The notes below the pieces were generated by a model. The model did no database searches and was not told where the DNA came from. It worked only from the letters and a program-made list of their open reading frames with translations. Both the position numbers and the translations under genes were made by a program. 34,851 nt of DNA. Source: a virus. Lineage: Duplodnaviria > Caudoviricetes. Below are positions 19,268-27,705 of this stretch, piece after piece. The DNA is taken from positions 1-34,851 of IMG/VR virus record IMGVR_UViG_3300016665_000368; one strand, given 5' to 3'. Position 1 is the stretch's first letter, and each line of letters begins with the position of its first letter.

Positions 19268-20064
19268 TGGGCTATTACCTTCTGGACAATCCGCCAGCCT
19301 CACGGCAGTTTTACCCATCTCGAGCAGTGACCCCCACCTACGCGGTCGGAGTCCACACCAGCGAAGGCCCAACCGGACCGGGTAGCGCTCAAGGGTTAGC
19401 GGCTTTTATTGCGCGTCGATCCGATCCGGGCTCTTACGCGTGCATTGTTGACAGTGAAGAAACCATCGTCATGGTTCCGCCGGACTACACCACGTTTTCG
19501 GTGGCAGCTTCTGGGTACAACTCGCGAACCTGGCACATTTGTCTCGCCGGCAAATCCGCCGAACTGTCACCGGATGATCCGAACACCCAAGCCATGATCA
19601 CTCGAGCCGGCGAAGCCATCCGAGGTTTGTGGCTGATGCTCGGAATTCCACTCTCAAACGCCCAGTGGGTTGGCACCGCCGCTCTGGATCGTCCTGGTTT
19701 ATTCTGTCACGGAGACGTTCAACCTTGGGATCGTTCCGACGCCTGGTCAACACACCCCGACCGGGCACGCCTCGACCAGCTCCTCATCAACGCCATCACA
19801 CCCCCAACCCCCCCAACCCCCACAGAGGACGACATGAAACGCTATCTACTCCGAGGAGACAAAACCGGCGAGGTTTACCTGTGCGACGCCGGTTTGGGTT
19901 GGAAATGGCACATTCCAGCCGGACAAATGCAAAATGTCGTTTGGGTTATCAGCCAAGCCGGCGGACAGTTCCTCATCTTCCCAGGCTCCAACACCATCAT
20001 CGTCGAAGGCCAAACCGTTTGGGTAGCCGACCAGGCATTCGTCGACGCCATCCCCACCATCTAA
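19267..20064 (+). CDS. Endolysin, N-acetylmuramoyl-L-alanine amidase (Amidase_2-like) with Pro/Thr linker and C-terminal domain
   Basis: 'VGVHTSEG', 'SY..IVD', 'N.R..HICLAG', 'CHGDV' and 'RSD'; linker 'TPPTPPTPT'. Confidence 0.8.
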   Translation: MGYYLLDNPPASRQFYPSRAVTPTYAVGVHTSEGPTGPGSAQGLAAFIARRSDPGSYACIVDSEETIVMVPPDYTTFSVAASGYNSRTWHICLAGKSAELSPDDPNTQAMITRAGEAIRGLWLMLGIPLSNAQWVGTAALDRPGLFCHGDVQPWDRSDAWSTHPDRARLDQLLINAITPPTPPTPTEDDMKRYLLRGDKTGEVYLCDAGLGWKWHIPAGQMQNVVWVISQAGGQFLIFPGSNTIIVEGQTVWVADQAFVDAIPTI

Positions 20065-20083
20065 CGGACAGGCAGCCAATGTC

Positions 20084-20329
20084 ATGGAATGGGAACCGAT
20101 CATCGCCGCGTCCGTCACAGGACTTTTAGCCTTCGCCGGTGTCATTTGGCAGTCACGGAAAACCCGTCGAATCAACACCGACGAACACTCCGAAAACGCC
20201 ATCAAACTCGACCGCATCGAGAAGAAGGTTGACTCAACCGCCGAAAGGGTTGAAACTGTTTCGGACCGGCTTGACGATCACATCGTCCTTCACCGCATGA
20301 CAACTCGAAAGCCATGGTGGCGTAGATGA
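20084..20329 (+). CDS. Single-TM membrane protein with coiled coil (lysis accessory / holin-like)
   Basis: N-terminal hydrophobic helix, then heptad repeats 'LDRIEKKVD..VSDRLDDH'; follows the endolysin. Confidence 0.6.
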   Translation: MEWEPIIAASVTGLLAFAGVIWQSRKTRRINTDEHSENAIKLDRIEKKVDSTAERVETVSDRLDDHIVLHRMTTRKPWWRR

Positions 20330-20556
20330 GCTTCGCTGATGACGTCCGAGAAGAAACAAGAGCGTCAGGTGTTCAATGCCGGCTCTGTGTTCTCCTCGAG
20401 CAACTCGACGACAAAACCCGAAAAGAAGTCCAAGAAGTCCTCACCGATGTTTCATGGAATGCCGAGGCTATTTCTAGGGCCATGAACCGGAGAGGCTGGG
20501 AGATTCGTGCCGACACCGTCAGAAAACACCGGCGAAACTGCCTCGTTTCGCGATGA
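20326..20556 (+). CDS. Small CxxC...HxxxC putative Zn/HTH protein
   Basis: 'CRLC' and 'AEAISRAM....I..DTVRKHRRNC'; ATGA overlap. Confidence 0.55.
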   Translation: MSFADDVREETRASGVQCRLCVLLEQLDDKTRKEVQEVLTDVSWNAEAISRAMNRRGWEIRADTVRKHRRNCLVSR

Positions 20557-21739
20557 GGTAGCGGCCGGCTCCCGACCCCGACGAACCCACCCTCAAGGCT
20601 GGGAACCCGGTGTCGCCTGGAACGGTCGAGAAGGAACCCTCACTACCCCACCCCTCGAGGCCGACCCCACCAAAGGCGTCTGGTCTGAACTCGTAGCCGA
20701 CTGGGGACTCGACCCTCTCACCACCGAAGTCGTCGAAGGGTCTGTTCAGGTTCGAGCCTGGGACACCCATGACGGCCGCCGGCTCCGCTACTACCGGGCA
20801 ACGTTGCGCGCGAAGGAACTGGACTTCGACCGACCCGACATTGACGCCCTCTGCCGGCTCATTGAACGCCGGAAACCTGTGAAAGCCCCTGAGAGCCTCC
20901 CAGAGCCGTCCAGAGCCCTCGTATGCCTCTTAGCCGACTGGCAGTTAGGAAAGGCCGGAGAAGCCAACGGAGGGACTCCAGAGACTGTCGGCCGGATATG
21001 TCAGGCAATCGACCTCATCCCGGCACGAATCCGAGAACTTAAAAAAGCAGGCCGGCCCGTCGACACCGTCTACCTCGTCGGCCTCGGCGACCTCGTCGAA
21101 CAATGCAACGGCCACTATCCCGGCCAAACCTTCAACGTCGACCTCGACCGTCGAGAACAACTACGCCTCGCCCGACGGCTCATCCTCCGAGCCGTCGACA
21201 ACCTCCTCGGCCACACCCCCCGAATCGTCCTCGCAGCCGTACCAGGCAACCACGGAGAGAACCGGTTGAACGGAAAAGCGTTCACCCGAACCACCGACAA
21301 CGACGACCTCGCAGTCGTCGAACAGGTCGCCGAAATCTTGGCAGCCAACCCCGAACGCTACGGCTCCTGCACCACCGTCCTCGCCAACGGAAACAACCTT
21401 GTCCTCAACATCGCCGGCATCCCCGTCGCCTTCGCCCACGGACACAAAGCCGGCGCCTCCGGACACCCAGCCGCGAAACTCGAAAATTGGTGGAAAGGAC
21501 AGGTGATGGGCCGCCAACCCATCGCCGATGCTGACATTCTCATCACCGGCCACTACCACCATTTCATCTGCTCAGAAACGTCAGGTCGGACGTTCATGCA
21601 AGCCCCCGCCATGGATGGTGGTTCGGGTTGGTGGACTGACATTTCAGGGCAAAACTCTCCGTCCGGTTTCCTCACCCTCGGCATCGGCACCGGATACGGT
21701 CCAAGAGGCTGGGGCGACCTCCACATCCACTCCGTTTAG
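20507..21739 (+). CDS. Calcineurin-like metallophosphoesterase (Mre11/SbcD-like motifs)
   Basis: 'LADWQLG', 'LGDLVE', 'PGNHGE', 'FAHGH' and 'GHYHH'. The start is uncertain (GTG 20507 has GGAG upstream). Confidence 0.85.
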   Translation: MPTPSENTGETASFRDEVAAGSRPRRTHPQGWEPGVAWNGREGTLTTPPLEADPTKGVWSELVADWGLDPLTTEVVEGSVQVRAWDTHDGRRLRYYRATLRAKELDFDRPDIDALCRLIERRKPVKAPESLPEPSRALVCLLADWQLGKAGEANGGTPETVGRICQAIDLIPARIRELKKAGRPVDTVYLVGLGDLVEQCNGHYPGQTFNVDLDRREQLRLARRLILRAVDNLLGHTPRIVLAAVPGNHGENRLNGKAFTRTTDNDDLAVVEQVAEILAANPERYGSCTTVLANGNNLVLNIAGIPVAFAHGHKAGASGHPAAKLENWWKGQVMGRQPIADADILITGHYHHFICSETSGRTFMQAPAMDGGSGWWTDISGQNSPSGFLTLGIGTGYGPRGWGDLHIHSV

Positions 21740-21750
21740 AAGGAACTGTC

Positions 21751-22134
21751 ATGGAAGAACTTGAACCCGAAGAAGAGTTCGACGCCCACTGGCCGTCCAT
21801 TCTCCTCGACGCCTTCGCCCTGGTACATGGCGACCGTGGGCGTGCATACGGACCACCCTGGGAGGACTACGCGCGCGTCACCTACACGTTCAACAGTCTC
21901 TGGGGCGCCGACGTTCTCGACGTCAACGCCGGAATCTTGTTCATGATCTGCATGAAACTCGGCCGCATCGCCCACGGCCTCGAGCAAGGCTTCGACGCTG
22001 AACAGTTGAAAGACTCAATCACCGACGCCGCCGGCTACCTCGACTGCCTCTACGGCTCACTCCTCAACCCCCTCCCCGTCACCGTCCTCTTCGACAACGA
22101 CGACGACGAGCTCGAATGGGAGGAAGAAGAATGA
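21751..22134 (+). CDS. DUF6378-like all-helical protein (possible nucleotide pyrophosphohydrolase fold)
   Basis: 'LVHGDR.R.YG.P', 'M..MKL.R' and 'DS..D.AGY'; acidic tail. Confidence 0.65.
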   Translation: MEELEPEEEFDAHWPSILLDAFALVHGDRGRAYGPPWEDYARVTYTFNSLWGADVLDVNAGILFMICMKLGRIAHGLEQGFDAEQLKDSITDAAGYLDCLYGSLLNPLPVTVLFDNDDDELEWEEEE

Positions 22135-22259
22135 CCATTGTTATCGAACCCGACGTCATCCCAATCACCCAACCCGACGAGGATGAGGAAGAGTACGATT
22201 CCGAAGAGCACGAATACCCCGACGACCAGCCGTATCCTCAACCTGACTGGAAGCCGTGA
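22131..22259 (+). CDS. Very acidic 42-aa peptide (MTIVIEPDVIPITQPDEDEEEYDSEEHEYPDDQPYPQPDWKP)
   Basis: Not in the ORF track. ATGA overlap upstream, TGATG overlap with the holin, and GGAGG upstream. Confidence 0.55.
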   Translation: MTIVIEPDVIPITQPDEDEEEYDSEEHEYPDDQPYPQPDWKP

Positions 22260-22492
22260 TGTTCACGAAAACCTTTGTCGTTCAAACATTAGAACGCGCA
22301 ATCAAAACGTTCGCCCAAACTTTGGTCGCCTTGGCCGGCGCTTCTCAAATGGATTGGATGAGTTTGGACTGGCAGCAACTCGTCGCCACCTCGGCAATCG
22401 CCGCCGGCCTCTCTGTCCTCACCTCTATCGCTTCGGACAAGATCGGTCCGGCGAACACTCCGTCAACCGTTGACATCTACCAGGGACCGTAG
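22259..22492 (+). CDS. Holin, r1t-like
   Basis: 'F....LERAIKTFAQTL', 'LDW' and 'LSVLTSIAS' signature with two hydrophobic segments. Confidence 0.85.
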   Translation: MFTKTFVVQTLERAIKTFAQTLVALAGASQMDWMSLDWQQLVATSAIAAGLSVLTSIASDKIGPANTPSTVDIYQGP

Positions 22493-22494
22493 CC

Positions 22495-22833
22495 ATGGCC
22501 GCCACCTACAATTTGACCCTCCGAATGGGTGACACAGAAACCGTCACGGTCACGATTCAAGACGAAAACGGTTCAGCAGTGGACATCAGCGGCCGCACCT
22601 ACGCCGCACAGGTACGCGCCAACGCCGAAGACACCACCATTCTCGCAACGTTCACTTGCACCATCGTCAACGCCGCTCAAGGCATCCTCACAGCAACGTT
22701 GACATCAACCGAAACTCGAGCGCTCACCCCCGGACTCGCAGTGTGGGATTTACAGGAAACCAACCCGGTCGGGCCTGTCGTCACCACACTCCTCGCCGGA
22801 CAAGTCACCATCGTTCAGGACGTCACACGCTAA
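22495..22833 (+). CDS. Virion fibre adaptor (BppU N-terminal-like Ig fold)
   Basis: 'NL....GDT..VTVT..D..G..VDISG....AQVR', 'WDLQ' and 'TLL.G.VT...DVTR'. Confidence 0.6.
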   Translation: MAATYNLTLRMGDTETVTVTIQDENGSAVDISGRTYAAQVRANAEDTTILATFTCTIVNAAQGILTATLTSTETRALTPGLAVWDLQETNPVGPVVTTLLAGQVTIVQDVTR

Positions 22834-24191
22834 TGAGCGACGAAGTCACACTGAAACTCACGAACGTCAACTTGACCCAGCGAACCTCCGAGGTTCAGGT
22901 CACTCGAACCGTTCCCGAAATTGTTATCGCCGGAATCGCCGGACCTGCCGGCCCTGCCGGTGCTGGCGGTGCCCTCGGCTACTACGGATCGTTTTTTGAT
23001 TCGACGACACAAAACGCAGCTGCAATCAACACCGCCTACGCCATGAAACTCAACACCACCGTCGAAGCCAACGGGGTTTCGGTGGTGTCGAACTCGAGGG
23101 TGACCGTCTCAGCCGCCGGCACCTACAACATTCAGTTCTCCGCACAAATCGACAAAGATTCCGCCAGCACCGGTCTCATCAAAATCTGGTTACGCAAAAA
23201 CGGGGCCGACGTCGCTGACAGTGCCTCAATCGTCGCCGTTCAGGGTTCAACGGCTGAAGCGATCCCAGCGTGGAACTTCATGTTGACGCTGGCCGCCGAT
23301 GATTACGTCGAACTGATGTGGTCTGTTTCATCGACCGACATTCATTTGCTCGCAACGGCAGCTTCTGCTCCGGCGCCGGCTGTGCCGTCCGTGATCCTCA
23401 CAGTTCAGCAAGTGATGTATACCCAAGCCGGCCCACAAGGCGCCCAAGGCGCCCAAGGTGCCCAGGGCTCGAGCGGAGCCACCGGAGCGACCGGAGCCAC
23501 CGGCGCCACCGGTGTTCAAGGCGCGCAAGGAGCCCAAGGCGCTCAGGGTTCTATCGGTCCGGCTGGCCCTCAAGGTGACACAGGCGCTCAAGGTGCCGTT
23601 GGCGCTCAAGGTGCTCAAGGCCCACAAGGTTTCCAAGGCCCAGCAGGTGCCCAAGGCCCCCAAGGCGCCCAAGGCGCCGTTGGTGCCCAAGGTGATCAAG
23701 GTGCCCAAGGCCCAGCAGGCCCACAAGGTGACACAGGAGCTCAAGGTGCCCAAGGTGCCGTTGGCGCTCAAGGTGCTCAAGGCCCCCAAGGTGCTCAAGG
23801 CCCCCAAGGTTTCCAAGGCCCAGCAGGCCCACAAGGTGACACTGGCGCTCAAGGTGCCCAAGGTGCCGTTGGCGCTCAAGGCGCTCAAGGCCCCCAAGGT
23901 TTCCAAGGCCCAGCAGGCCCTCAAGGTGACACTGGCGCTCAAGGTGCCCAAGGTGCCGTTGGCGCCCAAGGCGCTCAAGGCCCACAAGGTTTCCAAGGCC
24001 CAGCAGGCCCACAAGGTGACACTGGCGCTCAAGGTGCCCAAGGCGCTCAAGGCCCACAAGGTTTTCAAGGTGCCGTTGGCGCTCAAGGTGCCCAAGGCGC
24101 CCAAGGTGCCCAAGGGGCCCAAGGTCCTCAGGGTGCTAATCCATCAGCCGAGGATGACCAACTCATCTTGGCCTTCCAGGTGTTTAGTTAG
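22833..24191 (+). CDS. Collagen-like fibre protein with C1q/BclA-like beta domain followed by 79 Gly-X-Y triplets
   Basis: ATG 22833 (TAATG overlap). 'YGSFFD..TQ', '[14 protein letters not shown]', 'IWLRKNG' and 'DYVELMW', then an uninterrupted collagen repeat. Confidence 0.88.
   Translation: MSDEVTLKLTNVNLTQRTSEVQVTRTVPEIVIAGIAGPAGPAGAGGALGYYGSFFDSTTQNAAAINTAYAMKLNTTVEANGVSVVSNSRVTVSAAGTYNIQFSAQIDKDSASTGLIKIWLRKNGADVADSASIVAVQGSTAEAIPAWNFMLTLAADDYVELMWSVSSTDIHLLATAASAPAPAVPSVILTVQQVMYTQAGPQGAQGAQGAQGSSGATGATGATGATGVQGAQGAQGAQGSIGPAGPQGDTGAQGAVGAQGAQGPQGFQGPAGAQGPQGAQGAVGAQGDQGAQGPAGPQGDTGAQGAQGAVGAQGAQGPQGAQGPQGFQGPAGPQGDTGAQGAQGAVGAQGAQGPQGFQGPAGPQGDTGAQGAQGAVGAQGAQGPQGFQGPAGPQGDTGAQGAQGAQGPQGFQGAVGAQGAQGAQGAQGAQGPQGANPSAEDDQLILAFQVFS
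23430..24140 (+). repeat. Collagen (GGN NNN CAA)n repeat with a 90-bp higher-order unit
   Basis: 79 consecutive Gly-X-Y codon triplets. The unit [30 protein letters not shown] recurs in tandem. Confidence 0.95.
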
Positions 24192-24200
24192 GAGCAGGAA

Positions 24201-24560
24201 ATGGCGACATTCACGAAACAAATCTTGTCGGGATCAACCGACGGTCGAGGCATCAAAGTGGTCGCAACTGCCACGGCAGGCACCACGATCCACACAGGAT
24301 CGTCAACAGCTGCAACCATCGACGAAATCTGGCTTTACGCGCAAAACACCGACACAACCGCGCGCAAACTCACCATCGAATGGGGCAGCACCACATCCCC
24401 CGACGATCTGATCGAAGTAACGATCGGCCCGGAACAAGGATTGGTTCTTGTCGCCCCTGGTCTACTCATCAAAGGCAACGCCACGCCTCTAGTCGTTCGA
24501 GCCTTCGCTGCGACAGCCAACGTCATCACGATCCACGGCTACGTCAACCGGATTGCCTAA
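24201..24560 (+). CDS. Small beta-rich virion/fibre-associated protein
   Basis: 119 aa with AGGAG RBS; 'DEIWLYAQN' and 'RAFAATANVITIHGYVNRI'; lies in the fibre module. Confidence 0.6.
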   Translation: MATFTKQILSGSTDGRGIKVVATATAGTTIHTGSSTAATIDEIWLYAQNTDTTARKLTIEWGSTTSPDDLIEVTIGPEQGLVLVAPGLLIKGNATPLVVRAFAATANVITIHGYVNRIA

Positions 24561-25390
24561 TGCTTCCGATTGGCTCACGCCTTCGCCGTCCTCGACGTTC
24601 ACTTGTCAGTTCGCCAGTGTCCGCCCCGATCTTGTCTTACCAGCCATGGTCACCGTTATCTCTTCAACCCAAACTTTGGTTGGACGCGTCTGACGCCACG
24701 ACGATCACCGACTCGAGCGGTGCAGTTTCTGAATGGCGAGACAAAAGCGGCAACGGATACGCCTTCACACAGGCAACCGGTGGAGCCCAGCCGACCACAG
24801 GAACAACAACTCAAAACGGTTTGAATGTTCTGGCCTTCGATGGTGGAGACCTTTTGACTTCCACGGCCGCCGCCTCGGAATGGAAGTTTCTGCATGACGG
24901 AACCGACGCCATGTTCGGAATCGTTTTTAAGCGAAACGTCGCCGGAGCCGGTCACACACTTTTCGCCACAGGAGCCGTTGTTTCAACAGTGAATCAGACC
25001 GGATTGATGGTTCGAGCATTGGGAACAAACAACTATTCAGTTGTAGGAGTAGCCGCAGCCGGAACAACGATTGCAAATGCTTTATCGGCACTCGGAACTT
25101 CGACCGTTGCTCGAGCAATCACAACTCGACTTGCTCTCAGCAATGCAGCAGCAGCTCCACGCGTGACACTACAAATCGACGGTTCAGTCGCTGTCACACC
25201 AAACGCCACCACAGGCACACCATCAACCGCCGACCCATACGGAACTCTCAGCATCGGGGCGCTATCAACAGCAGCTCAATATCTCAACGGCTTCATTGCC
25301 GAAATCGTTATGGTCACCGGTTCAGCAGTTAACGAGACAAACCGAACCGTTCTCCACGATTACCTGAATCGAAAATGGGCGGTCTATTGA
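24560..25390 (+). CDS. LamG/lectin-like fibre-associated protein
   Basis: ATG 24560 (TAATG overlap). 'LWLDASD..TIT', 'VSEWRDKSGNG', 'LNG.IAEI' and 'YL..KW'. Confidence 0.7.
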   Translation: MLPIGSRLRRPRRSLVSSPVSAPILSYQPWSPLSLQPKLWLDASDATTITDSSGAVSEWRDKSGNGYAFTQATGGAQPTTGTTTQNGLNVLAFDGGDLLTSTAAASEWKFLHDGTDAMFGIVFKRNVAGAGHTLFATGAVVSTVNQTGLMVRALGTNNYSVVGVAAAGTTIANALSALGTSTVARAITTRLALSNAAAAPRVTLQIDGSVAVTPNATTGTPSTADPYGTLSIGALSTAAQYLNGFIAEIVMVTGSAVNETNRTVLHDYLNRKWAVY

Positions 25391-25506
25391 AAGATAGGTT
25401 TGTTATGTTCCCCGGTTCGATGACGGCAACTACCGCTCCCCTGGTTGCTGATTGGAAACTCGAGGCGGCACGCCACGCACTCTGAGCCAACACCCGAACC
25501 GGACGA

Positions 25507-25555
25507 CGGAAGGCCCCACACGACCCTCCCCCAGGGCCAAGTGTGGGGCCTTCCG
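25507..25555 (+). terminator. 15-bp perfect inverted repeat ending the structural operon
   Basis: CGGAAGGCCCCACAC (25507-25521) / GTGTGGGGCCTTCCG (25541-25555), 19-nt loop. Confidence 0.6.
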
Positions 25556-25574
25556 AACGTTTAAAACAAAATCC

Positions 25575-25604
25575 TTGACATCCAACACACCATCCTTTAA
25601 AACA
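25575..25604 (+). promoter_or_regulatory. SigA-type promoter for the early arm
   Basis: Perfect TTGACA at 25575, 17-nt spacer and imperfect -10 TAAAAC at 25598. TTTAAAACA occurs twice (25560, 25596), in an AT-rich patch unusual for this genome. Confidence 0.6.
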
Positions 25605-25658
25605 TCCGGTGTGGCCGGAACCCACCGACCACAACCCAAGCAGACAAGGAACCCCGAC

Positions 25659-26003
25659 ATGGCAGCAATCAAAGAACTCGACCAACTCATCGCCGAAGCA
25701 ATCCACTACGAAGAACAGTTGGAGAAGCTCGCCGACATCATCCGCAACGTCGACCACATCACCGACGAATACGAACCAGCCGACAACATCGAAAACTCCT
25801 ACCTCGAAATGCTTGTCATGGCTGAGATCCGGGCCGAACAAATCGTCGACCTCATCCACCCCCACAACTTCGACAACCACGACCTCTTCTGGCACGCGGT
25901 CGTCAATGTCCGCCTTTACCTGCAACACACCGACGTTAACGAAATCACCATCGAAGACCTCGAGAACGTCATCGCCAAAGGATTCCAGCCGTGTGGACTC
26001 TGA
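25659..26003 (+). CDS. Acidic 114-aa hypothetical protein, first gene of the early arm
   Basis: ATG 25659 with AAGGA upstream; about 24 D/E versus 6 K/R. Confidence 0.75.
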   Translation: MAAIKELDQLIAEAIHYEEQLEKLADIIRNVDHITDEYEPADNIENSYLEMLVMAEIRAEQIVDLIHPHNFDNHDLFWHAVVNVRLYLQHTDVNEITIEDLENVIAKGFQPCGL

Positions 26004-26140
26004 TATGCCTGACCCCAGCGGCCCTACTCTTCGCCCACCAGGTCAAAAAAGCGCGCGCGCGTCAGGCCATCCCAGCGCCGACGATGGCGGACATTCCCGT
26101 CATCGTCCTCGTCGGCAACGATCTCGAGGTGGATTTGTGA
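25991..26140 (+). CDS. 49-aa putative membrane peptide (MWTLICLTPAALLFAHQVKKARAR...)
   Basis: Not in the ORF track. GTG start with AAAGGA upstream and GTGA overlap with the next gene. Confidence 0.5.
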   Translation: MWTLICLTPAALLFAHQVKKARARQAIPAPTMADIPVIVLVGNDLEVDL

Positions 26141-26289
26141 GCGAACCCAACGTCATCCGCTGCCTCCAATGCAAAAGATCGTTTCCACGATCAAGCGAAG
26201 GCGCCCAAGACTTCCTTGACCATCGCGACAACTGCCAAAACCCCGACCCCTACCGTCACCCTGCCAACCACACCCCGAAAGGTGCCTGA
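26137..26289 (+). CDS. 50-aa C2HC zinc-finger-like protein
   Basis: GTG 26137 with GAGG upstream; 'CLQCKRSF...FLDHRDNC'. Confidence 0.55.
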   Translation: MSEPNVIRCLQCKRSFPRSSEGAQDFLDHRDNCQNPDPYRHPANHTPKGA

Positions 26290-26290
26290 A

Positions 26291-26482
26291 ATGCTCCGCC
26301 GAACCCTCACCATCACCGCCCTACTCCTCGCCTTCGCCAGTCTCGAAACAGCCGTCCCCTGGGCAGCAGCTCTCAACTGGTTCACCCTCCTCAAATGGAC
26401 TGTGGCCCTCGGAATCGTCTGCCTTGGCATCCCAGCAGCCATCTTCCACTTCAGCCATCCAGCACGACTCGAGCAGCGATGA
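26291..26482 (+). CDS. Two-TM membrane protein
   Basis: Hydrophobic 63 aa ORF that overlaps the next start. Confidence 0.6.
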   Translation: MLRRTLTITALLLAFASLETAVPWAAALNWFTLLKWTVALGIVCLGIPAAIFHFSHPARLEQR

Positions 26483-26571
26483 TCAAAGACTGGCTCGCCC
26501 TCATCGGAATCTTTCTCATCGTCGCCATCGTCCTCTTCTGGGTTTGGGCCATCGCCGAAGGCGCACTGTGA
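26479..26571 (+). CDS. 30-aa single-TM peptide (MIKDWLALIGIFLIVAIVLFWVWAIAEGAL)
   Basis: Not in the ORF track. ATGA and GTGA overlaps at both ends. Confidence 0.55.
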   Translation: MIKDWLALIGIFLIVAIVLFWVWAIAEGAL

Positions 26572-26909
26572 CAAACGCGAACAAGGCGAAAGGCTCAGCG
26601 GCCGAACGTGCCGTCACCGATTACCTCAATGTTCGAGGAGTCGACGCCGAACGCGTGCCAGCCGGCGCCACTTTGGACCGTGGTGACATTTGGGTTCCCG
26701 ACAAAAACTGGCCGGCCATCCAAGTCAAAAACCACGCCCGCCTCAACCTCGCCGGCTGGATCGACGACGTCACCATCCAAGCCGTCAACGCCGGACGTGA
26801 CACCGGAATCGTGGTTCACAAACGACGCGGCAAAGGCAACCCCGGCGCCTGGTATGTCACCCTCACCCTCGACGACCTCGTCACACTCATCGAAAGGAAA
26901 CAGTCGTGA
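26568..26909 (+). CDS. Holliday junction resolvase, Hjc-like PD-(D/E)XK
   Basis: 'NKAKG..AER.V.DYL', 'DRGDI', 'IQVKN', 'VVHKRRGK' and 'WYV'. Confidence 0.8.
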   Translation: MTNANKAKGSAAERAVTDYLNVRGVDAERVPAGATLDRGDIWVPDKNWPAIQVKNHARLNLAGWIDDVTIQAVNAGRDTGIVVHKRRGKGNPGAWYVTLTLDDLVTLIERKQS

Positions 26910-27103
26910 CCGAACTAGCCATCGAAACCCTGTGGGCTCAGCTCATGGCAGCCGTCGAAACCGACGAACCCGACCCCGAACTGTTCCTCGACGCCTGCAC
27001 CGCCATCAACCAGCTACTCGACCGTCAACGCGAACTCGAGCAGCAAATCGCGAACCTCAAAGCCGAAAACGCCACCCTCAAACAGTACGGGTTCTACGAG
27101 TGA
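26906..27103 (+). CDS. Hypothetical coiled-coil protein
   Basis: 65 aa with heptad repeats; overlapping start and stop with both neighbours. Confidence 0.6.
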   Translation: MTELAIETLWAQLMAAVETDEPDPELFLDACTAINQLLDRQRELEQQIANLKAENATLKQYGFYE

Positions 27104-27444
27104 CCGAACACCCTGGAACCCTCGACGACTGGACCGACCGGGCCGCATGCAAAGGCAAAACCGAACTGTTCTTCATCCAACGAGGCGACAACGTCTCCGT
27201 CTCCAAAGCAAAACAAATCTGCCAAAACTGTCCCGTTATCGAAGAATGCCGAAACTACGTTCTCTACCATCCGGAACGTTTCGGAATATGGGCCGGGATG
27301 ACAGAGAAAGACCGACGCCACTACCGCCTCGAGCATGGCATCAAACTCCCAGCCGCCCAACACGGAACCCGAACACGCTACAACTCCGGCTGCCGTTGTT
27401 ATGACTGCCGATCGACCTACAACCGGATCGTTCGCACCCGATGA
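27100..27444 (+). CDS. whiB: WhiB-family transcription factor with extra C-terminal HGT..Y..GCRC..CR domain
   Basis: 'W..RAAC....LFF', 'AK.IC.NCPV..EC' and 'FGIWAGMTE.DR'. GTG at 27100. Confidence 0.92.
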   Translation: MTEHPGTLDDWTDRAACKGKTELFFIQRGDNVSVSKAKQICQNCPVIEECRNYVLYHPERFGIWAGMTEKDRRHYRLEHGIKLPAAQHGTRTRYNSGCRCYDCRSTYNRIVRTR

Positions 27445-27448
27445 ACTG

Positions 27449-27679
27449 TCACATCCTGCCGGCACGCTGCCGAAACCATGACCAGCAGTTCCAACCGTTC
27501 ACCAGCTGCCACATGGCGAACATGAACAGGAAACCGGGTTGGCCGGACTCGAGCGCATAAACAGCCCACGGCCACGAATGCAACATCACCACCAGCCAAC
27601 CCCACCAACGGCCACGGCCGGCCTGCCACATACCAAACACACCCAACAACTCAAACCCAGACAACACAATCGGCCACAC
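27449..27679 (-). CDS. Small three-helix Trp-rich membrane protein (PnuC/SemiSWEET-like half transporter?)
   Basis: GTG at 27679 with GGAGG 5 nt upstream on the minus strand. Three hydrophobic segments 'WPIVLSGFELLGVFGMW', 'WWGWLVVMLHSWPWAVYAL' and 'GFLFMFAMWQLVNGWNCWSW'. Fills the gap between whiB and the exonuclease. Confidence 0.6.
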   Translation of the reverse strand: MWPIVLSGFELLGVFGMWQAGRGRWWGWLVVMLHSWPWAVYALESGQPGFLFMFAMWQLVNGWNCWSWFRQRAGRM

Positions 27680-27705
27680 AGCCGCCTCCCGACAGGAAAC
27701 CCAAA

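Noticed and set aside
23328-24411. Long alternative-frame ORFs over the collagen gene
   Set aside because: They are shadows of the stop-free 9-bp periodic repeat.
25391-25500. Possible tRNA/tmRNA-like or other ncRNA (contains GGTTCGA)
   Set aside because: No cloverleaf, acceptor stem or convincing tag reading frame could be built. A 26-codon ORF is present but unsupported. An Infernal/Rfam search would be needed.
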